60,000 nucleotides of DNA from Lytechinus pictus. Taxonomy: Eukaryota. Positions 34,448 to 47,830 of this stretch are shown here, in pieces. The number at the start of each line of letters is the position of its first letter. Position 1 is the first letter of the stretch. Both the position numbers and the translations under genes were made by a program. The notes beneath the pieces are model-generated. The model did not search any database. It had not been told where the DNA came from and saw nothing but the letters and a program-made list of their open reading frames with translations. The stretch lies in NCBI RefSeq assembly GCF_037042905.1, contig NC_087251.1, forward strand, positions 35,714,001 to 35,774,000. The letters are read 5' to 3'.

Positions 34448-37400
34448 CATGTAGGTGAAGGCATGTGATTCTACTTAACGATATCCAAGGGGACAATAAA
34501 GAAGGGGGCTTCCAAGCGTTTCATATACTATACTCATGCGAGTGAAAAAAATTATAATTTCAAGGGCAGTATTTTCAAATTTGAGAAACCTTTGCACGTT
34601 ATATAAGCATGATAAGGTATAATAGAATACGACAATGGATGAAGTTTTTAATATCAATCATGTCAATGGTATACGTACCAACCCCCTTCAAAATGTTATT
34701 AGGGAATTTAATGACCGAGGGAAGATTTTCGAGGTGAAGTCAAGCATTTGGAGTAATTAATTATGAACTTCCAAAAATGTAAATCTAAAATATGTTTAAA
34801 TTCCTGAATATAGAATAAGCAACATGCAGAAAGGCTGCAAAAGAATATAATTTAGTCTACACAATAGAGTATTGCATAGAATAGAGTAAAATCACTCTAC
34901 TCGAAACAGAGGCGTCGAACCTGGGGGCAGCTCGATCGCCCCTATAGATATTGGGGGACAACATAGTGATTTTTACAACTTGAAAACTTTGTAGTATTTG
35001 ATGCAAAAACATGTTTGAAAAAGCACTATGAAACCATTATACTTGATATTAAAATACTCTAAAACATATATAGTCGAAACCTGCGAAGTTCCACAGATGA
35101 ATTATTGTCCAGACCTCCTTTCGCTGTGCCCCCCCCCCCCCCCCGGATCCGCTAGTACCCTCGAGAATATTCTGTATGTATGTATTTTTAGCGTCGGTTT
35201 AGATGAAAGAGAAAAATACGAGAGACAATGTAAAACACCAAAACAGATTTTGCGTTCATGATTATTGCCGTTTATATTTTACATATACATGCATTTATAT
35301 TTGAGGTTTGTCTCTAAGCGTGTGTGTTATAAGCGAGAATAATGAGATGTGTGTTGATTCAATTATCAACCTCTGAAATTGAAACAAAATTGAAACAGAT
35401 GCTCAAATTAAAAGGTGTGATATTCTTTGTTAAGCACTGCAGGAAACAACATATGTCACTATCATATGAATAAAGTGAGGTGTCAGAGAAAATCTCCACC
35501 CAAGAATCATTGATTACGAGGATGACGGTAGTATTATGGCCCTATATCGATAAAAAGGGAGTTTCGCAATCGCGACGGGGAGGGATTCTACAACATAGAA
35601 AATCTATTGTCAAAATCCCTTCATGACGAGTTCGTCGAAAATCGGTGAATCCTAATAGCAGTTCCGTCCTGGGGATTGTTTCATGGAGGGACTTGTCGGA
35701 CGTTTTATCTGAAAAGTCCTATTTTATCCGGCAGTTACCATTTGAACTGTGCTTCTCAGCCAATCAAAATCAATGAAAGTTGTCCGATCTGACAACTTGT
35801 CGGACAAAAATGATGATGAAACACTTCTCTGGACTCTGGACAAGCGACATATTCGCAATTTTCCATCAACTCAGAATCTTAAAACGATCAGTTGTCCCGT
35901 TTCACCAATTTTCGACAAAGAGCTCTCAGCTGTACATTGTGATTTGACGAGCATTTTCAATAGATTTTTCCCTGTTGTAGAATCCGTCCCCGTAGCGTTG
36001 TCTGAAACTCGTTAATGATACCGAGGCAAAACATGCATCGTGCTAAAAAATATAAAAATAAAAGTAAATAAATGAAGCATCTTTGTTGTACATGTTCAGT
36101 GCAGTTCTAAAATGATGAATGAATGGGAGCAGCTAAATTGTAAAAAGTAAAACATCTTGAATGTCAAAATGAAGTTCTGAAGTAGATAATTTGTTTGTTT
36201 ATCGCCCGTCTGCAATTTTTCTCCTACCATGCCTACCAACTTTTCTCCCCGGGCGTCAAAATATCGAAAGGCTATTACATAATAACTGACAACGGCTCGT
36301 GTAACCATGGTAACTGGGATATAATATAAAAAAACTATCCCTTTTTGATAGAATTTTAGGCGAGACTTTGAGACTTTGAGGCGAGAATAAAAGTAGTTAC
36401 AATCGTGCTTACAAAAAGTTATAGAATGTCCTGGTTTTAGGTCATGAATCTCAAAATATTGGCGGATGGCCTGGCCCGGCATTCACTATTTTCTTGCCAG
36501 ACCGTCGATCCACTCCCTCGAGTCAAGGAGGTAATTCTCCTTGCTCAATTCTACCGCTTTTTCATTCATCATTGTTTGCAAGTATGTCACATTTAGATCG
36601 TTACCACAATTTTGTAAAGATGAAATCCACGCGCATGCGTACATTCATTCTGAAGACGAAACCATGAATATTCATATTGGGGTCCGGAGCTCCTGTGGGC
36701 AAAATAATTTCGCGGCCCGGATCCAGGGGGTGAATGAGTTCCCATTCACATCCCCGTAAAAAAAAGGAAACACACCGCAATGTAGGATGAAAACTGCAAT
36801 TTAGACACAAATAGCGATTCGTTTGCCTGATTTTGATAACCGTCCCTGTGACGCATTTTGCTTATGCCAAGTTTTTTTCAAATTTAAGCCCTTTTGGTGT
36901 TGCAATTTTTTCTTATCATGAAAATACAATCATGTTAAATTTGTCCATCAAGTAATGTGAAACTAATCCTCACGCTTTGCGAATGTGACACTTAAATTTG
37001 CTCCCCTTCAGATGAAGCTCCATCAGGTATTTGAATTTCCAAAAGAGTATCAGAGCTTGACTTTGACGGGGTTCGAATGTGCCTGAAAATTTCGACAAGC
37101 AACACATTTCGTACCCGAAAAATTTGACGAGCAAAAAAAAGAAACGAATAAAGGTCATCGCTCATGATTTTTATTGGATGCGCCTGTATACCCCCCCCCC
37201 CCTCCCCTCCCCCATCCACGCCTTGGAGGTTCAGAACGACATAACTGTAATTCAGATAATCACATGCTTCTCATTTAAAGTCTACTACCCATATCATCAT
37301 CAACAAAGTGGTTTAATAAAATCGAGCTAGCTCAAACATATAGTGCCAGTTGTGGGAACGATCTAAAATGTGTTAGAACAGAATTTATGGCCATCAAAGT

Positions 37401-38164
37401 ATTTATGTTAAATATGTGCCTAACGATTCTGATGCATTGCTGAAAAAAACGAGAGAAAAAACAAGCAAGACAGGTTTCGGACACTTAAGTTTGAGTTATA
37501 TCTGCATGCCCGTGGCTTAACTCTTGTAATTTTTTAGAACAAAATGCAAAACAAAACAAAAAAAATACATCTTAGATCTCCTCTTTTTGTTTTTCCCCTT
37601 TTTGTTCAGAGTTATCCAATGAATGTAATCAGATATTGGATTTTTAATTTTTTTTTCCTTGATTCTTTTTTTACTAGGGGTGTTTTTATGACTCTGATAT
37701 TGAAATAAAGACCAATCAAATTTGGCAGAGTAATGTTCATTAAGTATTTATTATTTTTGAGGAGCCGTATTCTGGTGTTTCGTTTTTATTTAGATTGCGT
37801 TTTTTTATAAGTATTTGTTTATCAATCTCCATCACTCCCTTCTCTATCTCTTTCTTTCTCTCTTGTACAAGGTGTCAGTTAATTTGGGCATGTAATTATT
37901 AGTATTTCTGTTTGTAATCAATTGAATTGTAACCTTTTTTGTCCTTATTATATATATATTTTATTTTTTTTGGCATTTGAAAAAAATTTAATTTTCCATT
38001 TTCAGATCTGAAGAGAAAGTTATTGTACATTGTATATCTGATATTGGGAAAGTCAATGTCCACAAAAGGGGTGAAGGTGTGCCGTGGGGGTATATATATA
38101 AAAGGCAAGAGCTGAGGGGCGTGTTACACCTGTTATTACCAAGTGATTGCATAGATTTATACAC

Positions 38165-38300
38165 ATTAGACCAAATGGGCATTGAACCAAGTGGGTATTA
38201 GATCAATGGTCATTTGTACCAAGGACAAACTGTCAATTTATTGGACCAAGTGGGTATTGGACCAAATGGATATCGGACCAAACGGCTATTGGACGAAATT
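38165..38300. repeat. Degenerate ~16-bp minisatellite (TTGGACCAAATGGGTA-like)
   Basis: Recurrent GACCAA(A/G)TGG motifs. Confidence 0.75.
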
Positions 38301-38479
38301 ACATGACCTCCTTGCAATGAATGAGTATACACAACTGAGCGAATTATCCCAGAATTTAACAAAATGTGCCGTCAATGTTCTGCAGTTATCAAAACATAGT
38401 TTCGGCACATTTTGGTAAATTGCCAAAATGTGCAATTACCAAAAAAGTGCCGTGACAAGTCGTCATTCGCTAAAACCAG

Positions 38480-38758
38480 AATGAAAATGCCTCGCTGATG
38501 TAGTCTCTTTGTTAAAATGTGAACCAGGGCGGTAGCACTGGTGAACCCTTCTTTTGGAATTCCCACTTCCTACCAGTTCGTACCATACCAATGCGAGAGT
38601 CAACACAAAACTATTATTTTGTTGTAGGCTTTATTTGTATTTCAATTCGGCTAAAACTATTACAGGCGTATGCTGTATTTCAATCTAACTATTATGTACA
38701 TTGTACATCTTTCCAATATTTTATATTCATGAGTACGCCTTATACTATCCATTTGCCC
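38480..38758 (+). repeat. Older diverged partial paralog of the large unit
   Basis: 38489-38607 resembles 31195-31325, and ~38650-38758 resembles ~22197-22300. Confidence 0.8.
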
Positions 38759-38851
38759 CAGGTGCGGATCCAGGATTTTCAAGGGGGGGCACATTTTTCC
38801 GAGGAATAATTTGACTTTTCATCCACGAAAAAGTTTGACAAGCCAAAAAAA

Positions 38852-38882
38852 TTATATATACATAATATATATATATATATAA

Positions 38883-38917
<35 letters not shown>

Positions 38918-38918
38918 T

Positions 38919-38958
<40 letters not shown>

Positions 38959-38992
38959 TTATATATATTTATTTATATATACAGTATATATA
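38852..38992. repeat. (TA)n microsatellite
   Basis: Interrupted TA run. Confidence 0.95.
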
Positions 38993-40343
38993 AACACTCA
39001 AAAAAAGTTTGGAAATCTGAGTTTGGCCATTAATTTCTCCCAACTCCCAATTTTACACAATGCATATTTGACATCAATTAAAAGAAAATCTAATTCTCTT
39101 TGAAATGATACCATGATTGTTATGATCATGCCATCACGAAAAGAGCAGGATTCAAAAGTGTTGGATGATGTCTGAATTGAAAAGCTGCAAACGAGCAAAA
39201 AAAAGTTTGGAAATCTGAGTTTGGCCATTAATTTCTCCCAACTCCAAATTTTACACGTTGCATATTTAATATCATTTTAAAGATCATTTAATTCTCTTTA
39301 AAATGATACCATGCTTGTTATAATAATGCCATCACGAAAAGAAAAGGATTCAAAAGTGATGGATGAGGTCTGAATTGAAAAGCTGCAAAACGAGCAGAAA
39401 TAGTCATGGAGGGTCAATACAGAACTTGATTCTTTTGTCTGTGTCAATAGAGATGAAAATCCATTCAAATCAAGCCCCTGCTTCTTCATTTTTTATGTTT
39501 TGTTGTGGTTTATGTAGTGATGGTTTGTTATGTGTTTGCTTGTGCAGAGGTGTGTTTGATTCCATGTTAATGTTGATGTTAAGGTGCATGAAAACAATTA
39601 AAAGAAACCGCTGAGAAACTCACTCATCACCACGGAAAAAAGAACAGTGACTTTCAATATTGTGTCATTTTGCAACTTTTGAATTTCGATCTTGCCCCAC
39701 ATTTCAAGGCACTGCACCTCCACGTGAACCATAATCATATCATATAGGTATCATTTTAAAGAGAATTAAATGATCTATTCATTGATATTAATAACACATT
39801 GATATTTACTAAAACCGAGGAGGAATTATCGATCAAAGTCAAAAGAAACCGCTGAGAAACTCACTCATCACCACGGAAAAAAGAACAGTGACTCTTAATA
39901 TTGTGTCATTTTGCAACTTTTGAATTTTGACCTTGCCCTACATTTCAAGGCACTGCACCTCCACGTGAACCATAATCATATCATATAGGTATCATTTTAA
40001 AGAGAATTAAATGATCTATTCATTGATATTAATAACACATTGATATTTACTAAAACCGAGGAGGAATTATCGATCAAAGTCAAAAGAAACCGCTGAGAAA
40101 CTCACTCATCACCACGTAAAAACGAACAGTGACTCTTAATATTGTGTCATTTTGGAACTTTTGAATTTTGACCTTGCCCTACATTTCAAGGCACTGCACC
40201 TCCATGTGAACCATAATTATATCATGTAGGGTATCATTCTAAAGAGAATTAAATGATTTATTCATTGACATTAATATCACTTTACTAAAACCGAGGAGGG
40301 ATTATCGATCAAAGTCAGATTTCCAAACTTTTTTTGAGGAGTT
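38993..40343. mobile_element. TA-flanked (Tc1/mariner-type) non-autonomous element with internal tandem repeats
   Basis: TA|AACACTCAAAAAAAGTTTGGAAATCTGA ... TCAGATTTCCAAACTTTTTTTGAGGAGTT|TA. It carries two ~197-bp repeats on the left and three ~241-bp repeats on the right. Confidence 0.82.
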
Positions 40344-40375
<32 letters not shown>

Positions 40376-40587
40376 GGGATGAGTTTGTTTGTTTGTGTGA
40401 TCGAGCGCCTTTGGAACGTTGATTCATGATTTTGCCCCCCCCCCCCTCCCAATCTGAAAAATGGATCGACGCCCCTGGACTCTAGATCTAGAAATCTATA
40501 GCCTAGCCCTAGGCCTAAGCTACTTTAAAAAAAAACATTTAAAAGCCCATGGAAGCCATTTTTTTTATCACAATTAACATCTAAAAC

Positions 40588-40935
40588 CTTTTTTTTTTCT
40601 CTCTCTCTCTCTTTCGCTCTTTTGTATTCTTTATAATTTCTCTATCTCTCTCTTTAATCTCTTTCTGATTTTTCCCACTGTCTCTCACATTCATTTTCCC
40701 CACCGTCTCTCTCATTTTTTTCCCACTCTCTGTCTTTCTCATTCATTTTTCCCATTGTCTGTCCGACTGTCTCTCTCTCATTCATTTTCCCCGTGTGGGT
40801 CTCTTTCGTTTTCCCCTCCCTCTCTCATTTTCCCATTGTCTGTCTCTCATTTTTCTCACTGTCTGACTCATTTTTCTCACCACTGTTTCTGTCTCGCTCA
40901 TTTTATCACCCCCCCCCTTCACTCTCACTTCTTTT
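40588..40935. repeat. CT-rich low-complexity degenerate minisatellite
   Basis: Repeated CTGTCTCTCATTTTTCCCA-like units. Confidence 0.8.
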
Positions 40936-41281
40936 CGACATCCCGCTGTACTTATATATGATTGAGCAACCTTTAATTTAAAAAGTACAAACAACCGCAG
41001 TCTAATGTACGTTGTAAGGTACATCATGTGCAATGTACTTACATATTTATTTCTGACCCAATACATGTAATGATAACATTTCTATATCACATCGCAATAA
41101 TTGCCTCTTGATTGAAGTTCTTCCTCCAGTTCAACCCAAGATGCTTAACTTAATTGAACCTCCTATTTATATTGAACTGCTATGAATCAGTTGTTTAATA
41201 TATTTTATCAATAAACTGCTTGGTTTTCAGTGTGAATAATAGGCAGTCTAACTGTACATACAAGAATTTTTTTTCAACATG

Positions 41282-43102
41282 TTTTTTTATTAAGGATTTC
41301 ATTCAAATGGATTACATAAACTTCAGATAAATACAAAAAAATACAAATCTTCATTCATTTTGCATCAACAAGGATATGCAAAAAAAAAAATATATATATA
41401 TTTACCAAAAACTGAAGCAAATAAGGACGGGATGAAATTCCTTAAAAATATACTTTTATATCTAAAAAAAAACTAACTAAACTGAGCCCCCAACCCTCTA
41501 TGTATTTTAATAATTAATATTGAATTACTGAATGATTTGCATGAAAACAGAAATCAACATACATGTATCATAATTGCATCCCATTTTACATCAAGCTTCA
41601 ACAAAACTTAACAGAATTATACACACACCCACCTTAACACCCACACACACATGCACATACCATGCATACGTAAACAAACATAATATATACAAATCTGCAT
41701 ATGAACGTTTACATTTTTTTGCGAAATAGGATACAGAAAGAAAACCTGCAAATCATATTGATACAAGATAAGGGGAAATGGAAAAGAACTAGTAAAAAGA
41801 GGAAAGAAAATCATCAACATTCACTCAAGGATTTACACTCGCACCACACTAGACGCATCCCACCTGTTCACATTCAAATCTCTTTTCACATTCAGTTCAT
41901 CCCATTTCTGTAAATGTAAACTTAACTTGCCTGACTTCGTTGCCAGGCGAATGTCTTCCTCTATACAACCCGTAATATATTTTTGTATTTTAATGAATGA
42001 CGGTACCTGGCCTTCAGCTCTGAAATAAAAAATTGCATATTTAATAAAAAGAATAACAGAATTGACACATTTGATTCTACAAGAATTTCCAGGTAATCCT
42101 AAGAATATTTTCCTCCAATTCAAAGTTCTTAATTCAACTAAACAAAAATTATCAATACAAAATTGCCACAGAGGTTTAACTTTTATGCAATCCATGAGTA
42201 TATGAAAGTACGATTCAGTTTTTGTACAACAAAACGAGCAGTAATTATCTCCCACGAAACCAAATCTCATCAAATTTTCTTTTGTATATATTGCTCCATG
42301 TAGAAGCATAAACTGAATTCCCTTTGTTTTCTTATAGAAGTTGTACTCCTGATATATCCAAATAATTTACAAATTTCTGTATCAGTAAAATTAAAATCAC
42401 TATGACTATCCTTGAGTGTTAATTTGTATAGTTTTTGTAGATTGGTAATAAACAAGTTATAAATTGTTTTTTATTTAATTACCTCAAAAGCTGTTTCCTG
42501 TTTTCCAATATTCATACTTATCCCAAAGTCTACGAAATCAATTTTTAAAACTTTATTGAACTATTAAAATGTTTCCAACATGTTGGTATAGCGTGCATAA
42601 TATCTATTATTTGGAGTTGATTTGCGGTAATACTGAGATTTTGAAAAAAAGTCACAGGCTTCAAGTGGCCATTATCAAAAATTTGATCAACGCTAAATAT
42701 TCCTTTATTGAAAAGATCATTGTCAAAAATCGTTTTACCTTTTATACAAATATGTTGATTATTGAATATAATAGGGTTAACCTCCTCTTCAGAATAACGA
42801 TATTTCCTTAAGTCTTGCCAAGCCTTCATCATTTCTGAATAAAATTGTGGTATTTTTATATTTAATTTTGAAGTGTCAAAGTCACTTAGAAACAGAAATC
42901 TCCCCCAACTGATCGAAAACAAAAATCAAAATACAACTTCCATCCTGCATCCCGTTCTCCGTAAAGTAATCGTTTAAGCCACATAAAACGTTGAGACTTT
43001 ACAAACAACTTAAAATTCATCATTTTTAAACCTCCTTGTGAGTAATCCTGGTACATTATAATTCTCTTTATCCGATCTTTTCCTGACCATAAAAAATCAA
43101 AA
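41282..43102 (-). pseudogene. 5'-truncated L1/Tx1-clade LINE: end of ORF2, 3' UTR and A-tail
   Basis: Frameshifted ORF pieces 42545-42922, 42270-42455 and 41833-42309 include the zinc-binding motif CSFC...ESYFHILMDC. The minus strand reads AATAAAAAAA at ~41282-41291. Confidence 0.88.
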
Positions 43103-45708
43103 TAATGTCACCCCCTACACACACACACACCTTGATAAAGAAAAAGGACTCCTACCCCCTGTAATGCCACAGGTAATTGCTGCTAGTGCAAAATAATGAT
43201 TCTAAGCGGTGCACATTAGAAGAATAATATGATATAGGCAAGCATGTGAGCACAAAGATTTTGATTATGCTAATTTCAAGCTTTAGGTTGTGTAAAATAT
43301 TTGATTTCTTTCTTCAAAATAAACTAGGAACTGAATTGAATTGAACGCCTCGCTGATCTCGACGAGACACCGTCTTTTTGTTTAAAGGTAAACCATGGCG
43401 GTATAGCAATGGTGAAACCTTCTTTGGGAATTCCCACTTCCTACTAGTTCGTACCATACCATGCGAGGGTCAACACATTTGCGCAATTTTTAGACGCCAT
43501 TTTCGAGTCGTAAATTACCGGATAAATCATTTCCTTCTTCATCAGAATGGTTGTCTTTTCGCGTGTCTAAGACTTTATATACGATTCTGATTTGGGAATC
43601 TGATATAAATATGACGGTGTGGCTTCTGTTTAAGGTCATCTTTCATTTAAAATTGGATTTGTGGATAGATTGAGCATTACTTTGGCTGAGCAGTGCCGGA
43701 TTCATACAGACCAATTTGACAGTCATTCATTTATGATCGGCAGCCTCTGGGGTAGATGGTAGACCGGGATCAATCTATCAATCACAAAAGTAAGTTATTA
43801 AGGGATTATATAGATCATTATTATCATTCTATAATAATTATTTAGAGGGTTGCACACACTATAATGATTTTTAAGTTGATCCCTCCATTTTCTCAGATCT
43901 TTATAATGTTTATGATAACTTGCTTTTATAATACTTTGTTTTACTTCTGAATACTGTACCTACCTCTTTCTATATTGTTTGTTTAAGTTTCATTTCCAAA
44001 TGTCATTGTGATTATATACGACCATTTTATTTTGTTCAGTTGAAAATAAAATAAAACATTTTGAATTTGAATATGTCTTGCTCCTAGGCTCCTAGCTTGA
44101 TAATAACATTTACAATTAGACACTTTCAAGAGATTAAACACTTGCGTATACCTGACGGGACAGGAGACTGCTAGAGCCCCTCCCCCAAACACACGCACAC
44201 AAACACAAGTTTTGTTTAATTTTTCGCCTCCGTCGTCGTTTTTTTTTCCCCTCTTTGCCCCTCCTCACGAAGTTTTTTTTCAGGTACGCCACGGAACCAT
44301 TTTTTTTCAGGATATTCGTGATAATGATATTCGTTTGCATGTAAAATAATGACATCTTTTTTAATTTCTGTCGTAATTCCACAAAAGTTATAAGCACAAT
44401 ACATCTTCAATGAATCACAATATGTTACATTGACAACAATTCCGCAATTACAAGGATGAATCAAACCTTGTTTAACGTTTTCATGAGGAAAGAAATTAAG
44501 ACATTTCATATGATAATAATAGAAAAAAATAAAGTGAGTGATAACATCGTCTCTCCATTTGCATAATTATCATTGTGGTTGAGTTGCGTATTTAACTAAT
44601 TGTTCTGTGAAAAAGAAGTTTATGGTATAATGTCATTATTTTTAAATCAATATCGATTTAAATGAATTTTTCAGCAAAATGCTTTGAGATTCTCTTTCTT
44701 CAAATCATATCTTGGCTTGGGTGAACTTGACAGCTAAAGATTGATACCCATTTTTTTTTTGTCCACAATACCATCCTCTTTTGTTGTAGACCCACTCTAT
44801 ATCGGGATGGGTGAAGGTAGAATTTGGCACAATATTTTATTCTCTATAAATAGGTGTTCGAAGTCTGCAAAATAGGTTCTCCATAATTTACTATATGTGA
44901 CTTGATTTGCATTACTATTTTGTCAAAACTATTACAGGTTTATTCTGGTATTTAATCAAAACAACAGGGTAATTGTATACCTTTCTAATATTTTATATTC
45001 ATCAGTACGTCTTATGCTATTTGCCATTATTATGATTGTGTAGGCGCGGTTCTAGATTTAAGATTTTGGTGGGGCTTGAGAAATCTTCGATGTTGATTTA
45101 TTCAGTACATTGGAAATGGCCCATCGTGGGCAGCACTATCCTGATCTGACCAAGCCGCTAGTCCCCGCCCCAGCCCCCCAAAATCCCTAATATTATGCGA
45201 CGGAGCGTATCGACCGAGCCAAAAAAAAAATCACAATTTTGAAATGCTTGAGTATGTTGAGAACGTTTTTCATAACCATTTAATCTACTTGTGTAACACC
45301 AATCAGGTCGTGAGTGCTGTTATACACGTTGACACTGGCGTACATAACAAAATAAAAAATAAAAATCGCACGACCAAGAAAAAAAAAGAGAAAAGGAAAA
45401 AAAAATAAGGGTGAAATATGATATCATTTTATGATATTATGTCAAAATCTATCACAAAATTTGATTTTTGTAATAAAAATTGCTAAATGTTTGCTCGCTC
45501 GCTTCGCTCTCTTGCAACTTTATATATATATATATATATATAAATATATATATATAAATCTTACGCAATACGCCATATCGAACCCCTAAATTTTTTTCTC
45601 ATTACGCCGCTGCACGTAGGTGAAGGCATGTGATTTCACTTAAGGATATCCAAGGGGACAATAAAGAAGGGGGCATCCAAGCGTTTCATATACTATACTC
45701 ATACGAGT

Positions 45709-46519
45709 GAAAAGGCCTATGATACTACTTGGAAGTATGGAATTATGAGAGACCTTTTCAATCTTGGGTTGAGGGGCAGGTTGCCCATTTTCATTCAGAA
45801 TTTTCTTTCGAATCGTGTGTTTCGAGTCCGCCTTGGGTCAACTTTTTCAGAATTACACAATCAGGAAATGGGTGTTCCTCAAGGTAGCATACTTTCTGTT
45901 ACTTTGTTCTTATTGAAGATCAATAGCATTGTTGACGTTGTAAATCCTAGGTTTGATAAGTTCTTGTTTGTGGACGACTTTTGTATCTCTTGTTCGTCAC
46001 GAAGTATGTCGACCATTGAAACAATATTACAAAATTGTCTAAATAGAATTGAAAGGTGGGCAGATGAGAATGGTTTCCGCTTTTCAAAAACCAAGACAGT
46101 TTGTGTACATTTTTGTACTAAACGATCAGTACATCCAGATCCTAAAATTAGAATAAATGGCTCTATCATTCCTGTAGTTCAACAAACTAAATACCTAGGC
46201 TTAATCTTTGATAATAAATTCAATTTTAAAGCTCATATTGATTATGTAAGACAAAAGTGTCATAAAGCTTTAAATCTTTTGAAGGTTGTGTCCAAAATGG
46301 ATTGGGGTGCTGATCGCATTGTCCTTCTCCGTTTATATAGATCTTTAGTTAGATCTAAGCTTGATTATGGCAGTGCAGTTTATAGTTCCGCTCGAAAGTC
46401 ATATCTTGAAAAATTGAAACCCATACAGAATCAAGGACTTCGACTTTGTCTAGGAGCATTTCGTACATCTCCTATGGAGAGTCTTTATGTGGAGGCTAAT
46501 GAACCCCCCTTACATCTAA
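45709..46519 (+). pseudogene. LINE ORF2 reverse transcriptase fragment, interrupted by a MITE
   Basis: ORF 45745-46728 is RT-like up to EANEPPLHL. The residues after that are read-through into the insertion. Confidence 0.92.
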
Positions 46520-47827
46520 AGCCCCAGTCACATATAGAGCCCGGACCACCCCGGACCATCCCGGATCTGATCCGGGGTGGTCCGTGTTGGTCCTTGAACG
46601 TCCGGGAGGCCAACACGGCAGTTTTTGACTGTCAAAAACATCCGGCGTCATCCGTGGACTGCCGGGTTGGCAAAGCCATCCGGGATGGTCCGTGTAGGTT
46701 CGTGTGGCTGCCGTGTAGGTCCGTGTAGCTGCCGTGTAGGTCCGTGTGGCTGCCTGGAGTATCCTTGGCAGTCCGTGTTCTTTTTTCCCATCAAATCTTT
46801 ACAACGCTATTTACTTTATGAACTTTTCAGGAGTTGTTAAACAGTTGACACAAACATGCTTAATTTATTTATGATTAAATGGATGATTTAACGATTCAGG
46901 ATATTTTCTTACGCTTTGGAGATTGGCCCCAACCTAATATTTGTAAATTTAGTGCATGTATCAATAATTCTTTAATTTTTTTTTAATATTTACCCCAACT
47001 TTGTCTGTTATTACTATTTCACATTTCATTTTCTTAAAATAAATGTTATGTACCTGTTACATCAAAATTGTACATTAAGTTTTATACTACTGCCTTGCAT
47101 CGACAGTTATGCGTCATGACCTGGGCCTATCTAATTTTTATTATGTTTTCTAGTGACTTTGTAAATTTCTTTCCTTTATTGTGATTTCAATAAAGTTATA
47201 TCAAATCAAATCGAAATTAAATTTGTCGTTCAATATTTAAAGTACTCAACTACTGTTAAAACGGTAAACTGCGTTGTATGAAAAACAGCGTTTTTACTGG
47301 TTAAGGAAGTTTTAAGTTTTGATATCTTTTTTTAAAAACAACATAATATAATGTTGCGACAAGGATAATAAAAAATAAATAAATATCAGCTCATTATTAT
47401 GAGCAGATTTTCATTTGCCGTGCTGGTCAATATAGCTGCCGTGTTGGTCCTTGAGCTGACGTGTTGGTCCGTGTAGCTGACGTGTTGGTCCGTGTAGCTG
47501 ACGTGTTGGTCCGTGTTGGTGACGTGTAGGTCCGTGTTGCTGACGTGTTGGTCCGTGTTGGTCCTTGTAGCTGACGGGTTGGTCCGTGTAGCTGACGTGT
47601 TGGTCCGTGTTGCTGACGTGTAGGTCCGTGTTGCTGACGTGTAGGTCCGTGTTGACGACGTGCTCTGCCGGCATGGTCCGTGTAGATCCGTGTGAAGATG
47701 CCGTGTAGATGCCGTGTTTACAGTCATCAACGCTTAATCCGGGGCAAAACGATCCCGGACCTCCCCGGATCATGCCGGCATTGCCGTGTTGATCCGTGAG
47801 GATCCGTGTCTATATGTGACTGGGGCT
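46520..47827. mobile_element. PIF/Harbinger MITE (1308 bp) with TAA TSD
   Basis: Perfect 19-bp TIRs AGCCCCAGTCACATATAGA and TCTATATGTGACTGGGGCT. TAA at 46517-46519 and 47828-47830. Internal GGTCCGTGT repeats include a 21-bp array at ~47440-47655. Removing it restores the LINE frame (..LHLRYEKLSLHY..). Confidence 0.95.
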
Positions 47828-47830
47828 TAA

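Noticed and set aside
38759..40478. Possible single MITE CAGGTGCGGATCC...GGATCGACGCCCCTG
   Set aside because: The ends match poorly and there is no TSD; they are more likely remnants of two different elements.
47386..47773. Repetitive ORFs (TDQHVSY and HGPTRQL repeats)
   Set aside because: They are translations of the 21-bp repeats inside the Harbinger MITE.
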